The position numbers and the translations under genes are program-made. 64,000 bases of DNA from Patescibacteria group bacterium (GTDB lineage Bacteria > Patescibacteriota > Microgenomatia > 0-14-0-10-38-17), in assembly GCA_050953885.1 (NCBI GenBank), contig JBMNNJ010000001.1:463437-527436 (forward strand). The letters are read 5' to 3'. Shown here piece after piece: positions 30,453-40,881 of this stretch. Numbering within the stretch: the stretch's first letter is position 1; every line of letters starts with the position of its first letter. The notes under the pieces were generated by a model. That model had not been told where the DNA came from. It worked only from the letters and a program-made list of their open reading frames with translations, and made no database searches.

Positions 30453-30788
30453 TTATTTTTTCTTTTCAGCTTTGGGAAGAATTTTTTCTTCCACAAAACC
30501 AGTCAGCCAGGGAATTTTGTACTCTTCCCCCTGATAAGCCTTAACCATCAACAAAAGCCAAAGGGCAAAACACGCCAATCCCCACAAGGGATAAATCACT
30601 AAATTAACAAGAGGAATTATCCCCAAAACTAACCCTCCAATCGCGGCTGTTAGGGAAAAAATAATTGACTGGCGGGCATGAAAACGAACAAAGGCGTCTT
30701 CTTTCTCGGTAAGATAAAAATAAATACCGGTGATAAGACCCAGCAAGTAGGCCAAGGCCGCTTTAGGGTTCTTTTTTTCTTCTGCCAT
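30453..30788 (-). CDS. DUF4870-like small membrane protein
   Basis: It has two TM segments and the motif HARQS. Confidence 0.4.
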   Translation of the reverse strand: MAEEKKNPKAALAYLLGLITGIYFYLTEKEDAFVRFHARQSIIFSLTAAIGGLVLGIIPLVNLVIYPLWGLACFALWLLLMVKAYQGEEYKIPWLTGFVEEKILPKAEKKK

Positions 30789-30886
30789 TATTTCTCACCT
30801 CCTTTTCTTCCTTCTTTTTACCAGTTTTTCTTGCTAAAAACAAGGGGAAACTTAAAATAGGCTTATTTAATTTTTGCCTCCCCGAA

Positions 30887-31279
30887 TTAGCCGTCAAAAC
30901 CCGGCTTTATCAAAATTTTCCCTTCCCTCACCCTTAAGACCACCTCTTTCAGTTTCACTCCTCCTGCCCTCTTAATTTCTTCGGGTTTTCTTCGCAGCAT
31001 TATTTCCCGCTCTGCTCCTAAAAGCACTGTTAAATTATTGTAGTCATTAATAACTTTTTTTCTTGATAAACCCACATTTCTTACTTGGGCCAAAATTTCC
31101 AAAAGCGGCAATAAATTTACATAAAAATAACAAGTAGCCCTTCTTTTTCCCAAAAACATTAATCCTTTTTTTCTTGTCCAAGAAACTATTTCTGAAGTAC
31201 CATTTGGGGAAAAACCGCCCGCGAATAACGCGAATGAAGAGGCCAAGTCTAAAAAAAGCTCTCTTTCTGCCCGCTTCAT
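30887..31279 (-). CDS. Hypothetical protein
   Basis: The ORF has plausible codon usage and sits compactly between neighbouring genes. No motif was recognised. Confidence 0.3.
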   Translation of the reverse strand: MKRAERELFLDLASSFALFAGGFSPNGTSEIVSWTRKKGLMFLGKRRATCYFYVNLLPLLEILAQVRNVGLSRKKVINDYNNLTVLLGAEREIMLRRKPEEIKRAGGVKLKEVVLRVREGKILIKPGFDG

Positions 31280-31284
31280 GAAGC

Positions 31285-32118
31285 TTAAAGGTTAAAAACA
31301 GCCAAAACCGCCAAAAAATAAAAAAGTATTAACGCCACCCCCTCAAAACGCTCAATTTTGCGCTTTGACCAGGCAAAAAAATAAAAAAGAGCAAACGCTA
31401 AAAGGATAAAAATTACCGCCCAAAGATAAGCGGAAAAGCTAGTAACCTCAAAAGGAGAAAAAAAACTGGCCATCCCCAAAATGAGGGTGTTTCCTAAAAC
31501 CAAAGGAGTCAGAAACTGCTCAAATCTGATTTTCGCCTTTGCGGAGGAGAAAAGCACTATTTCCGGCAGGCAAACCGGCAAAGACAGGAAAACAAATCCG
31601 GCCGCAAAAAGAGAAGAAAAAGAAAAAGAACCGGCCACTGTTGCCAAAAGGCTAAAAGAAAGCAAGAAAAAAACCGATCCTAAAATTAATTTTGGCCAAA
31701 AAATTTTCCCCCCTTTTCCGCTTTTGTTTTTTAGGGCAAGAAAAAAACACCCTAAAGATAATAAAACTAATCCCTCCCTTCGGCTTATGCTTTTGTCCAG
31801 AAGAAAAACCAACGGCAAACAAAGCGATAAAAAAGCCCAAAGCAGTTGGCTTAAGAGAAACTCATCGCGGCAAACTACCCTTCCTTGCCTTAAGGCCACT
31901 GCCCCGGGCAACAGCAGGAAAAAAATTAACGCGCTTCCTAAAACCAATCCTAAAACCACTTCTGATAAACCTAAAGAGGCTAAAATAAGGCTTAAAAGAA
32001 ACTCCGGCAAAATCATCGCCGCCAGCGCCCTCTTTCTGCCTCCCTGGCCTAAAAGCAAAACCGCCCAGGAAAAAAAACCTGCCAACAAAAAAGTTAAAAT
32101 TATTTTTAAAAAAATCAT
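31285..32118 (-). CDS. Hypothetical polytopic membrane protein
   Basis: There are 7-8 hydrophobic segments. The overlapping plus-strand ORF is Lys-rich low complexity and is judged spurious. Confidence 0.4.
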   Translation of the reverse strand: MIFLKIILTFLLAGFFSWAVLLLGQGGRKRALAAMILPEFLLSLILASLGLSEVVLGLVLGSALIFFLLLPGAVALRQGRVVCRDEFLLSQLLWAFLSLCLPLVFLLDKSISRREGLVLLSLGCFFLALKNKSGKGGKIFWPKLILGSVFFLLSFSLLATVAGSFSFSSLFAAGFVFLSLPVCLPEIVLFSSAKAKIRFEQFLTPLVLGNTLILGMASFFSPFEVTSFSAYLWAVIFILLAFALFYFFAWSKRKIERFEGVALILFYFLAVLAVFNL

Positions 32119-33845
32119 CCCAGCTTTTTTAATTCTTCAAGGGTGGTAATTTCCTCAACGCTTTTATCATCACGAAAACGCACCAGGCGGGGAAAACGAA
32201 GAGCAAAACCAGCCGTATGCAAGGGCGAGCGGGTTAAATTATCGGCGGCAATTTCCACCACCACTTTTGGCAAACACCAAACATCAGGAACCAGTTCTTT
32301 GGGAACCGTATATTCTTTAGGCTTCGTGTCAGTTTTGGCCTCTTGGGCCCGACGGCGCATTTCCCGCCAATCCTCGTCGGAAAGACCCGTGCCAATTTTG
32401 GAAACGGTCACGATCTTTTCTCCATTTCTTATCCCCACCAAGAAAGCGCCGATGCCAAAACCGGCTCGCTTTCCCCTTCCCAAATAATAACCCATCACCA
32501 CCCCTTCAATCGTATCCAAAAGCCCGCCGCTTTCCTTGCTCTCCTCCTGTTTAAATTTTACCCAGGTAAATCCCCGCTTCCCCGGCTCATAAGGCGCCTG
32601 CCATTTTTTCACCACCACCCCCTCCAGGCCTTTTTTAATCTGCTCCTCATGATAACGCCGCAATTCTTCAACCCTGTTGGTTAAAATTTGCGGCGAGAGA
32701 AAAACTATCTTGGCATTAGGCTTAATCATCTCTTCTAAAATTTGCCGTCTTTGGGAAAAGGGGAGATGAATTGTTTCCTCGCCATTATAATAAAGAATGT
32801 CAAAACAATAATAGCGCAGGGGGATCTTAAGCAAAGTGGCCTGAATTTCATGCTTTCTTTTTCGCTTAATTGTTTCCTGAAAAGGAAGAAGACGGCCGGT
32901 TTTTTTGTCCACGCCAATTACCTCGCCGTCCAAAATCGCCGCTTGGGCATTAATTTCCTTGGGTATCGCCTCGGCGATATCAGGGAACATCGCCGCCACG
33001 TTTTCCAAGTTGCGGGTAAACATCCAAACCTGGGGTTGACCGTCGCGCCGAAACTGAACCTCTAAGCGCGTCCCGTCATATTTTGGTTCAACGGCAACTA
33101 AATCACCTTCTTGCAAGGCCATTTTCTTAATCATCTCCTCGGCGGTGGGAAGGCGCTGGCAAAGAGAAGGAAGCACCGGCGTTCCTAAAACAATTTTTAT
33201 CTCTTCCAAACCCTCTATCCCTTTTTGTTTAATTGTTTTGGCAATAAAGCCAATATCAGCCCGACGATTATAAGCGGCCTCAATTTTTTCCCGCCAGCGT
33301 TTATCGCCGCTTAAAAGCCAGGAAAGAGCGTCCAAAAGGGTCGTTTCGGAAAAGCCTAAACGCAATCGGCCCAGGGGGATACGAACAAAAAACCGCGCTT
33401 CAAGGGGAGAAAGCAATTTTAACAGGGCGGCCATTTTCCTGACCTTGCGCTCCTGGCTCCCCTCGCCAGCATCTTGAGCAATCTCTAAAAGTTTTGCGTA
33501 AAGCTCTTCAACCGTTAAAGAAGAGGCTTCCTTTTTTCCTCCCTTTTTTTGCGCCAACTCTTCGGCCACCAACCCCAGATCGCCTTTCTGACCAAAACTT
33601 TTCTCCACCGTTTCTTTCTCAACGCCAAAAGCTTGAGCCAAAACCCTGATCATCATCTTTTCCGCCAAATTAAATTCTATTCCCCGATGGGCAGGCGCCA
33701 ACTCTCCCAAAAGAAGGTAACAAAGCTTATCGGTCTCTTCTGCTTCTGCCTTTTCGAAAATCTCAGCCAAAATCCTGGTAATTTCAAGACGAGAAGTGGT
33801 TTTTTCAAGTTTTAACAAATAGTTGGCTAATTCCCTTGCTTTCAT
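32115..33845 (-). CDS. lig: ATP-dependent DNA ligase
   Basis: It has the adenylation motif I (EPKYDGTRLEV), motif IV (EGVVVK) and an OB domain. Confidence 0.85.
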   Translation of the reverse strand: MKARELANYLLKLEKTTSRLEITRILAEIFEKAEAEETDKLCYLLLGELAPAHRGIEFNLAEKMMIRVLAQAFGVEKETVEKSFGQKGDLGLVAEELAQKKGGKKEASSLTVEELYAKLLEIAQDAGEGSQERKVRKMAALLKLLSPLEARFFVRIPLGRLRLGFSETTLLDALSWLLSGDKRWREKIEAAYNRRADIGFIAKTIKQKGIEGLEEIKIVLGTPVLPSLCQRLPTAEEMIKKMALQEGDLVAVEPKYDGTRLEVQFRRDGQPQVWMFTRNLENVAAMFPDIAEAIPKEINAQAAILDGEVIGVDKKTGRLLPFQETIKRKRKHEIQATLLKIPLRYYCFDILYYNGEETIHLPFSQRRQILEEMIKPNAKIVFLSPQILTNRVEELRRYHEEQIKKGLEGVVVKKWQAPYEPGKRGFTWVKFKQEESKESGGLLDTIEGVVMGYYLGRGKRAGFGIGAFLVGIRNGEKIVTVSKIGTGLSDEDWREMRRRAQEAKTDTKPKEYTVPKELVPDVWCLPKVVVEIAADNLTRSPLHTAGFALRFPRLVRFRDDKSVEEITTLEELKKLG

Positions 33846-34033
33846 AAACTTGAAGAAATAAAGAAAAACACCAAAATCGCGGTGGCGATAAAAAGAACCC
33901 CGCTTAAAAATGAAGCCCAGCCCTGTTTTTCCTCCTTAATAATCTTATTCAAACCCTCGCCCATAAGAGTCAGCCCAAAAAGCGAGGGTAAAATTAAGAC
34001 CATATATAAAAATTGCGGGTCAGTAGGGGACAT
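33842..34033 (-). CDS. Small membrane protein
   Basis: It has two TM helices and overlaps the ligase start by 4 nt. Confidence 0.3.
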   Translation of the reverse strand: MSPTDPQFLYMVLILPSLFGLTLMGEGLNKIIKEEKQGWASFLSGVLFIATAILVFFFISSSL

Positions 34034-34159
34034 CTTAAGATAAGATTAAGGCTTTGGATATTTAATTTCCATCACCTAAAAGGGAAAACCGCACTTCTTT
34101 TTTAGCACAAAGCGCAAAATGCAAAGAGCCCCGCCGCAGCGGGGCCCCGCTATGGCGGG

Positions 34160-34275
34160 ACAAAACCTAAATCAAAATTCAAAAACATTTTTTAATTTTT
34201 GGTTCTGGTCTTTGAGCTTGGTTTTGCTTTTTGATATTTGATTTTTGATTTGTTTTTTTCGTTTCTCATGCGCGC
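34160..34275. repeat. Type-5 word element (cctaaatcaaaattcaaa / ggtctttgagcttggttttgc)
   Basis: The same word order recurs at 49690-49800, 50590-50700, 48940-49010, 52320-52400 and 53750-53820. It is preceded by the palindrome gagccccgccgcagcggggc. Confidence 0.65.
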
Positions 34276-34325
34276 CGATTCGTATTTTTTAGCAATTTGA
34301 CAGTTTAACAATTTAGCAATTTAAC

Positions 34326-35393
34326 TTATCTTAAAACATACCTTACTCCCTTTGTTCTGCCTACTTTTCTTATTATGCCCTTTTTCCGCAAATCCTGCAA
34401 CTCCCGCAAAATCGTATCGTCGGAAACCATGGGCAAAACCTGCCGGGCCGTATTCATATCAATTCCCCCTCCCTGGTTAACTTGCTCCATTAACTTTACC
34501 TGACGGGCGGAAAGAGCAATTTGTTTCCCTCCTAATTTTTGCCGCAAACTTCGGTCCACGGAAAGCTTTTCTACCTGCTCTTTTACCTTAGTCAACTCTT
34601 CCGCCAGCCCCCGGCTGAAAAATTCCAGCCAAGCCGTTAAATCCCTTTGAGCCAAGTCCGCCGACTGGTCGGAGGTTTTTTTTAAAAAATGGTAATAATC
34701 GTTTAAGTTTTTATCAAAATATTCTTCTAAGGAAAAAAGCCGCCGCACGTCATAGCCTTCGGCAAAAAGAACTAGATTGGCAAAAGCGCGCGCTGTCCGC
34801 CCATTACCTTCAACAAAAGGATGAATGGCCACCAAAATATAATGGGCAATACCCGCTCGCAAAACCGGATGAACCTCCCGTCCTTTTTGAGAGTTAAGAA
34901 AAGCAAAAAAGGATCGTACCAAATATGGCACCTCGATTGCCGGCGGTGCCTTAAAAACCGTTTCGCCGGCAGGCGAGCGAACCACCACCGCCGTTTGCCG
35001 GTAACACCCGCATTTTTTGGGCGGCAAAATCCGGTTACAAACTAAGGCATGAATCTTTAAAAAATCCTCTTCCTCATAAGAAAATTGCCCTTTTTTTCCC
35101 TTCCCCAGCTGGTCAATAAAATCAACTACCTCACGATAGTTAATTACCTCCTGAACGTCGCGCCGGCCGGCCAACACCTCCCGCCCTGCCATCGCCTGCG
35201 CCGCCTGATTTAAAGAAAGCTCGTTACCCTCAATGCGAGTGCCAAAGTGAACCGTACGCAAAACCGCCTCGGCCTGAAAACTTTTTTCATACGACGGCAC
35301 CAGCGGGGCTTTTTCCAAAACTGCCTTCGCCGCCTCAATAGCGCCAATATTTTTCAAAATTTCGGGGGTGATGGTAAATTTAGGGGAAAACAT
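34326..35393 (-). CDS. Fic/DOC family protein with a C-terminal winged-helix domain
   Basis: The Fic motif is HPFVEGNGRTARAF. Confidence 0.85.
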   Translation of the reverse strand: MFSPKFTITPEILKNIGAIEAAKAVLEKAPLVPSYEKSFQAEAVLRTVHFGTRIEGNELSLNQAAQAMAGREVLAGRRDVQEVINYREVVDFIDQLGKGKKGQFSYEEEDFLKIHALVCNRILPPKKCGCYRQTAVVVRSPAGETVFKAPPAIEVPYLVRSFFAFLNSQKGREVHPVLRAGIAHYILVAIHPFVEGNGRTARAFANLVLFAEGYDVRRLFSLEEYFDKNLNDYYHFLKKTSDQSADLAQRDLTAWLEFFSRGLAEELTKVKEQVEKLSVDRSLRQKLGGKQIALSARQVKLMEQVNQGGGIDMNTARQVLPMVSDDTILRELQDLRKKGIIRKVGRTKGVRYVLR

Positions 35394-35424
35394 AGAATAA
35401 GTTAATTCAAAAGTTAAAATTCAA

Positions 35425-35640
35425 AATTCAATCCGCCAGCTGGCGGACAAGTTAAAACTCAAAACTTAAAACTCAAATCTCAAAACTACATGTTAAAACT
35501 TAAAACTAAAAAACTTTAGGGCTTAATATTTATATTTCTAAATTGTAATTCTGTTTTTGTCTTTCAAGTTTTAAGTTTTGCGTTGTAGATTTGAGTTTTG
35601 AGTTTTGCGATTTGAGTTCTTTATATTTAATACCAAATAC
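35425..35640. repeat. Type-2 word hairpin with the long loop ctttagggcttaatatttatatttctaaattgtaattctgtttttgtctttcaag
   Basis: The same arms and loop recur at 39245-39470, 40590-40810 and 45590-45765, some in inverted orientation. Confidence 0.75.
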
Positions 35641-35709
35641 AAAATACAATTTTCGTTTCTCATTCGTTAACTCGCGTTTTTTTTCTATCTTTAGTATAAT
35701 ATATTTACG

Positions 35710-36084
35710 ATGACAAAGAAAACAAAGGGAAAATCTCTCAAAATTCCTCTCCTGCCGGAAGAATACGACGAACCGCACGAAATTAAGAAAAAAATTCGCC
35801 AAGAGGTCCGGGAATTCCAAAGAACCCTCATTGAGGAATTAACCCGTTTAATCACCACCTCTTTTGGCCTCATGGCCGCGCTTGCTTGGCGGGGTGTGAT
35901 TCAAGAATTTATCAATAATTATCTTAAGAAATTTTTTGGCCAGGCTTCCGGCCTTATTTCCGAAGTTATCTTCGCTCTTATTGTGACGGTCTTAGCCGTT
36001 ATCGTCACCTGGAGGCTGGCTAAAATTAAAGATCGCCTTATTGAAGAGGAAGAAGAGGAGGAGGAAATTAACGAAACAAAATAA
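35710..36084 (+). CDS. Small membrane protein with a poly-Glu C-terminus (hypothetical)
   Basis: It has two TM helices and an EEEEEEEE tail. Its 3' end overlaps the convergent CPBP gene. Confidence 0.4.
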   Translation: MTKKTKGKSLKIPLLPEEYDEPHEIKKKIRQEVREFQRTLIEELTRLITTSFGLMAALAWRGVIQEFINNYLKKFFGQASGLISEVIFALIVTVLAVIVTWRLAKIKDRLIEEEEEEEEINETK

Positions 36085-36748
36085 TTGGCCACCACCAAAA
36101 AAGATGAACTAAAATGGGAGCCAAAATGTTTTTGTTTTTGAGGAAAGAAAAGCCAGCCACAAGACTGGCCAAAAAGATAAGGAAAAAGTAAATAACAATT
36201 TGGGGGAAAGGATAATGATAAACAAAAAAAGCGGCCGGGAAATGAATAAGGGTAAAACAAAAACTCGTTAAAAGGTTACTTACCTTTTTCTCTTTTAGAG
36301 TTTCTGTTAAACGGTTTAGCATAAACCCCCGAAAGGCCACTTCTTCACAGAAAGCCGTTACCAAAGAAAGGCCAAAAGCAATAAGAAAAGCCCCAGTTGA
36401 TTCGTAAGGAGTGCTTATAAAAGAAAAAGAGCCATACTTAAGATAGTTAATCAATAAGCCTTCAAAAGTAAGAACCGCCCCTAAGCCAATACCCCAATAG
36501 CAGGAAGAGAGGATGTTTTTTCGGCTAAAGCCAAGAGAGGGAAAAATCGGTCGATTCTCCTTTGCCCCCACCAGCCAAAAAAGAGGGCCTAACCAAATAA
36601 AAGGTTTTAAAATCCCTTCCTCCAATTCTTCCGGTAGGCGAAACAAAAAGCGATAAAGACCCCAAACAATAAACAAAAAAGCCCAGTAGCCAAAAACAAG
36701 CTCCAGCTCTTTCGTCGCCCCGTTTGCGCCCTTCTTTCCCTTGGTCAT
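36068..36748 (-). CDS. CPBP (CAAX protease/Abi) family intramembrane metalloprotease
   Basis: The motif is EEVAFRGF, with histidines downstream. Confidence 0.7.
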   Translation of the reverse strand: MTKGKKGANGATKELELVFGYWAFLFIVWGLYRFLFRLPEELEEGILKPFIWLGPLFWLVGAKENRPIFPSLGFSRKNILSSCYWGIGLGAVLTFEGLLINYLKYGSFSFISTPYESTGAFLIAFGLSLVTAFCEEVAFRGFMLNRLTETLKEKKVSNLLTSFCFTLIHFPAAFFVYHYPFPQIVIYFFLIFLASLVAGFSFLKNKNILAPILVHLFWWWPIILFR

Positions 36749-36779
36749 TTAAAAAAAGTATAACACAAAAACAAAAGAT

Positions 36780-36945
36780 AAACTCAAATGTTAAATCGCA
36801 AATGTCAAAACTACATGGTAAATGTTAAAACTTTTTTAAAGCTTAAGGTTGTTTTTTTAGATTTGAGTTTTGAGTTGTAGTTTTGAGTTTTGCGATTTGA
36901 GATTTGAGATTTAAGCTTGTCATTTGCGTTTTGCGTTTTGAGATT
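36780..36945. repeat. Type-2 word hairpin
   Basis: The arms are aaactcaaatgttaaatcgcaaatgtcaaaactacatggtaaatgttaaaac and its counterpart, with the loop aaacttttttaaagcttaaggttgtttttttag. Confidence 0.75.
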
Positions 36946-36991
36946 ATCTTTCGCGTTCATTCGTGTCTTTTGGCAATGTTATAATCAAAAC

Positions 36992-39193
36992 ATGATGAAA
37001 AAAAGGAAAAAAACGCCAAAAAAAATCACCCCCACCATTTCTTGGATAAAAGCCCATCTTAAAATCGTTATCCTTATTGTTTTATTAGTTTTCGCCGCTC
37101 TTTTCTACTTTTTTATCCTCCGCGATCTGCCTTCCCCCAAAACAATTGCTACCCAAACACCTTACTCCACCCAAATTTATGACCGCCACGGGAAACTTCT
37201 TTATGAAATTTATGCCGAAGAAAATCGTCTGCCGGTAAAACTTGAAGAGCTACCCGATTATGTTGTTAAAGCCACCATTGCCATTGAGGATCGCAATTTT
37301 TACCAGCACCATGGTTTTTCTACTAAGGGCATCCTGCGCGCCGCCTACAAAACTATTTTTCAGGGCAATCTTCAGGGCGGCTCAACCCTCACCCAACAGC
37401 TGGTGAAAAACGCCCTTTTAACCCAAGAGCGTACCTTAAAAAGAAAAATTAAAGAAGCCATTTTAACCGTCCTGACAGAAATCATTTACAACAAGGACCA
37501 AATTCTGACAATGTATTTTGAACAAACTCCCTATGGCGGCACCGCCTGGGGCATTGAAGCGGCGGCAAAGCGCTATTTTAACAAGCCGGCTAAACAATTA
37601 ACCCTAGCCGAGGCGGCTCTTTTAGCTGGTTTACCCGCCTCCCCCACCACTTTTTCCCCCTTTGGCGCCCACCCGGAATTGGCTAAAAGTCGTCAAGAGC
37701 TAGTTCTTGATAAAATGGTCGAGGCAGGCTTTATCAGCCAGGAAGAAGCCCAAAGGGCCAAAGAAGAAAAATTAGTCTTTGCTCCCCTTGGAGAAGAAAT
37801 TCTTGCTCCCCATTTTGTGATGTATGTTAAGGAGGCCTTGGTGGAGCTTTTTGGCCAAAAAATGGTTGAAGAAGGCGGTTTACAGGTAACCACCACCCTT
37901 GACGGGGAGCTTCAAGATTTTGCCCAAAAAACGGTTAAAGAGGAAATTGAAGAAATTAAAAAATTTAAAGTTGAAAATGGCGGCGCCCTAATTACCAACC
38001 CAAAAACGGGAGAAATTTTGGCAATGGTGGGCTCGCGTGATTATTTTGATAAAGAAATTGACGGCAATTTTAATGTTACCACCGCCGCCCTGCGCCAACC
38101 GGGGTCATCGATTAAACCCCTAAATTATGTTTTGGCCCTTGAGGAGGGGAAAATCACCGCCTCCACCCCCTTAATTGACGCTCCCACCTGCTTTTCCGTT
38201 GCCGGCCAAAAGCCATATTGTCCCACTAACTACGATTATTCTTATCATGGCATTACCCAAACTCGTTTTGCCTTAGGCAACTCTTATAATATCCCCGCCG
38301 TTAAGGTCTTGGCTCTCAATGGACTGGAAAATTTCTTGAATTTTTGCCAAAAGTTAGGAATTACCACCTTTGGTGACCCCAAAAACTATGGCCTCTCTTT
38401 AACATTAGGCGGCGGCGAGGTCCGCATGACGGAAATGGCCACTGCCTTTGGCGCACTGGCTAATTTGGGTGTTAAAAAACCGCTTGTTTCTATTTTAAAA
38501 GTTGCCGACCCGCACGGAAAAATACTTTTAGAAAACGAGGAAACTTTAGGACAAATTGGCGAAAGGGTCATCTCGCCCGAGGCAAGCTATATTGTCACCC
38601 ACATTCTTCTGGATAATGGTGCCCGCAGCGCCGCTTTTGGCAGCCACTCCCAATTAGTAGTTGAAGGCCATCCCGAGGTGGCCGTTAAAACCGGCACTAC
38701 TAACGAAAAAAAAGACAACTGGACGATCGGTTATACCCCTTCCCGTCTAGTCGCTGTTTGGGTGGGAAATAATGACGGCTCTTCTATGGGCGCGGTTGCT
38801 TCCGGGGTAACCGGCGCCTCGCCTATTTGGAATAAGCTCATTTCTTTTGCTCTTGACAAAGATAACCTTGGCCAAGAATGGCCTGTTAAACCCGAGGGGG
38901 TGGTTGGTTATTCTGTCTGCTCAGATTCCGGCCAACTGCCTCAAGACTCCGACTGTCCTACCCGTTTCGAATATTTCATTAAAGATAAACCCCCAAAACA
39001 AACCGCCAGCCGGGAAAAAATTTTAGTTAACAAAGACACCGGCGAGCCTCTTCTGCCTTGGCAAAAGGAAGAAAATACCGAAGAACAAGAACACCCCATT
39101 GTTCGCGACCCTTTAGGAGCAATTTTTTGCCTTGACTGTCCCCCGCCCTCAAAGACGGCTGTTTTCAACTATCCGCTGAAAAAAGGAGACTAA
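36992..39193 (+). CDS. Class A penicillin-binding protein (PBP1A-type transglycosylase/transpeptidase)
   Basis: The GT51 motifs are IAIEDRNFYQHHG and GGSTLTQQLVKN. The transpeptidase motifs are SxxK (SSIK), SxN and KTGT. The ATG at 36992 (MMKKRKK) is the probable start. Confidence 0.85.
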   Translation: MMKKRKKTPKKITPTISWIKAHLKIVILIVLLVFAALFYFFILRDLPSPKTIATQTPYSTQIYDRHGKLLYEIYAEENRLPVKLEELPDYVVKATIAIEDRNFYQHHGFSTKGILRAAYKTIFQGNLQGGSTLTQQLVKNALLTQERTLKRKIKEAILTVLTEIIYNKDQILTMYFEQTPYGGTAWGIEAAAKRYFNKPAKQLTLAEAALLAGLPASPTTFSPFGAHPELAKSRQELVLDKMVEAGFISQEEAQRAKEEKLVFAPLGEEILAPHFVMYVKEALVELFGQKMVEEGGLQVTTTLDGELQDFAQKTVKEEIEEIKKFKVENGGALITNPKTGEILAMVGSRDYFDKEIDGNFNVTTAALRQPGSSIKPLNYVLALEEGKITASTPLIDAPTCFSVAGQKPYCPTNYDYSYHGITQTRFALGNSYNIPAVKVLALNGLENFLNFCQKLGITTFGDPKNYGLSLTLGGGEVRMTEMATAFGALANLGVKKPLVSILKVADPHGKILLENEETLGQIGERVISPEASYIVTHILLDNGARSAAFGSHSQLVVEGHPEVAVKTGTTNEKKDNWTIGYTPSRLVAVWVGNNDGSSMGAVASGVTGASPIWNKLISFALDKDNLGQEWPVKPEGVVGYSVCSDSGQLPQDSDCPTRFEYFIKDKPPKQTASREKILVNKDTGEPLLPWQKEENTEEQEHPIVRDPLGAIFCLDCPPPSKTAVFNYPLKKGD

Positions 39194-39244
39194 GAGACTA
39201 AAAATCGAAAACAGAAAGACAATAAATAATAAGTTAATAATTCG

Positions 39245-39470
39245 TAGTGGGCAATAAAAAACTCAAATCGCAAATCGCAAAACTCAAAACTACAACGCAA
39301 AACTTAAAACTTGAAAGACAAAAACAGAATTACAATTTAGAAATACAAATATTAAGCCCTAAAGTTTTTTTTAGTTTTAAGTTTTAACATGTAGTTTTGC
39401 CATTTGAGTTTTAAGTTTTGAGTTTTAACATGTAGTTTTGCCATTTGCGTTTTGAGATTTGAGATTATCT
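39245..39470. repeat. Type-2 word hairpin (long-loop variant, inverted)
   Basis: See 35425-35640. Confidence 0.75.
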
Positions 39471-39509
39471 TTCGTTTCTCATTCGCATCAATTCACGTCC
39501 TTCCACAAT

Positions 39510-40547
39510 TTAGTAATTCAGCTTCACGTGTCTTCTTAAATACGCCGCCGCTTCCTCGGGAGCGATCGTCGAGATTTCTATCTGCGCCCCTAATTCAAAG
39601 CCCGCCCAAATTTGGGTTTTGGGTAAAATATGCCAGCTAAAGTGATAAAAATCACTTTTCTTTTCCCGGCAGGGAGCGGTTTTGAGAAAAAAATTGTAGT
39701 CCGGGGAATTTAAGCCCTTTTCTAAAGCGCCAAGAGAAACTTTGAAAACCTCGGCCAGCGACCATTTTTCCCCAGCGCTTATTTTTTCAAAGTAAGGCCG
39801 ATGCTTTTTGGGATAAATTCTTATTTCGAAAGCTACCCGGGGAGCAAAAGGAACAAAAGCAATGAAATCTTTATTCTCAAAAACAAGACGCTTTTTGGTC
39901 TTTTTCTCATACGCAATTGCCAAACAATGAGGGCATTTCTTGTGAATTTGCCAATAATCTTGGGTGTTCTTAAAATCACGAACCATGCCCGCATCAAGAA
40001 CAGGGATCGCCATAATCTGGGAATGGTGGTGGGCAATAGAAGCACCGGCTTCTTCCCCCTGATTGTGAAAAATCGCCACATAAGAAACATCAGGCTGTCG
40101 GCAAAGAGTTAAGTAACGGCTTTGGTAAACATCAATCAGCTCCTTAACTTTTTTAATCTCCATCTGGCCAATATCCCGATTATGATCAGCAGTAATTACC
40201 AGCTCATGAAAACCCTTCCCGTTCATTACCCGATAGGGGCCCGCTTTTCTTTTCTCCAATTTTAACCTCGGCAAAAAGGCCGGATAACGGTTGGCAACCA
40301 CCACGGTGGTCCAACCATTATAAGAGGGCTTTTTAATTAACTCCCCCTCGCGGTAAGCCAAAATTGGCTCTTCATATTCGGTAATTTGGCAAAATCGGCA
40401 AGGGAGAACCGGTCTTAATTCTTTTTTTTGCTTTCTTTTAAATTCATCAGGACGGGCGGCCCGGCCGGTAGCCACCACCACCCAATCGCCGGAAATAAAA
40501 TCCTGACGTAAGGAGGAAAGAAAGGGGAGATCTGCTTTTTTCTTCAT
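39510..40547 (-). CDS. galT: Galactose-1-phosphate uridylyltransferase (GalT family)
   Basis: It has a Zn/Fe site (CRFCQ) and the HIT-like H-x-H-x-Q motif IAHHHSQIMA. Confidence 0.75.
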   Translation of the reverse strand: MKKKADLPFLSSLRQDFISGDWVVVATGRAARPDEFKRKQKKELRPVLPCRFCQITEYEEPILAYREGELIKKPSYNGWTTVVVANRYPAFLPRLKLEKRKAGPYRVMNGKGFHELVITADHNRDIGQMEIKKVKELIDVYQSRYLTLCRQPDVSYVAIFHNQGEEAGASIAHHHSQIMAIPVLDAGMVRDFKNTQDYWQIHKKCPHCLAIAYEKKTKKRLVFENKDFIAFVPFAPRVAFEIRIYPKKHRPYFEKISAGEKWSLAEVFKVSLGALEKGLNSPDYNFFLKTAPCREKKSDFYHFSWHILPKTQIWAGFELGAQIEISTIAPEEAAAYLRRHVKLNY

Positions 40548-40589
40548 CTCTTAAATATAACATAAAAAACAAGACAGGATAAAATAATT

Positions 40590-40810
40590 CAAAGGTCAAA
40601 ACTCAATCCGCCAGCTGGCAGACAAGTTAAAACTCAAAACTTAAAACTCAAATCTCAAAACTACATGTTAAAACTCAAAACTAAAAAAACTTTAGGGCTT
40701 AATATTTGTATTTCTAAATTGTAATTCTGTTTTTGTCTTTCAAGTTTTAAGTTTTGCGTTGTAGTTTTGAGTTTTGCGATTTGAGATTTGAATTTTGAGA
40801 TTGTCTTTCG
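40590..40810. repeat. Type-2 word hairpin (long-loop variant), preceded by ccgccagctggcagac
   Basis: It is nearly identical to 35425-35640. Confidence 0.75.
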
Positions 40811-40881
40811 TTTCTCATTCGCGTTAATTCGTGCATTTTACAGTATCGCAATTTAACCATTTTTCTTTTATAATAAAATTA

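Noticed and set aside
31481-32149. A 222-aa plus-strand ORF antisense to the membrane protein gene 31285-32118
   Set aside because: It is a Lys/Arg-rich low-complexity translation with no hydrophobic core. The minus-strand ORF has coherent TM helices and fits the local gene orientation.
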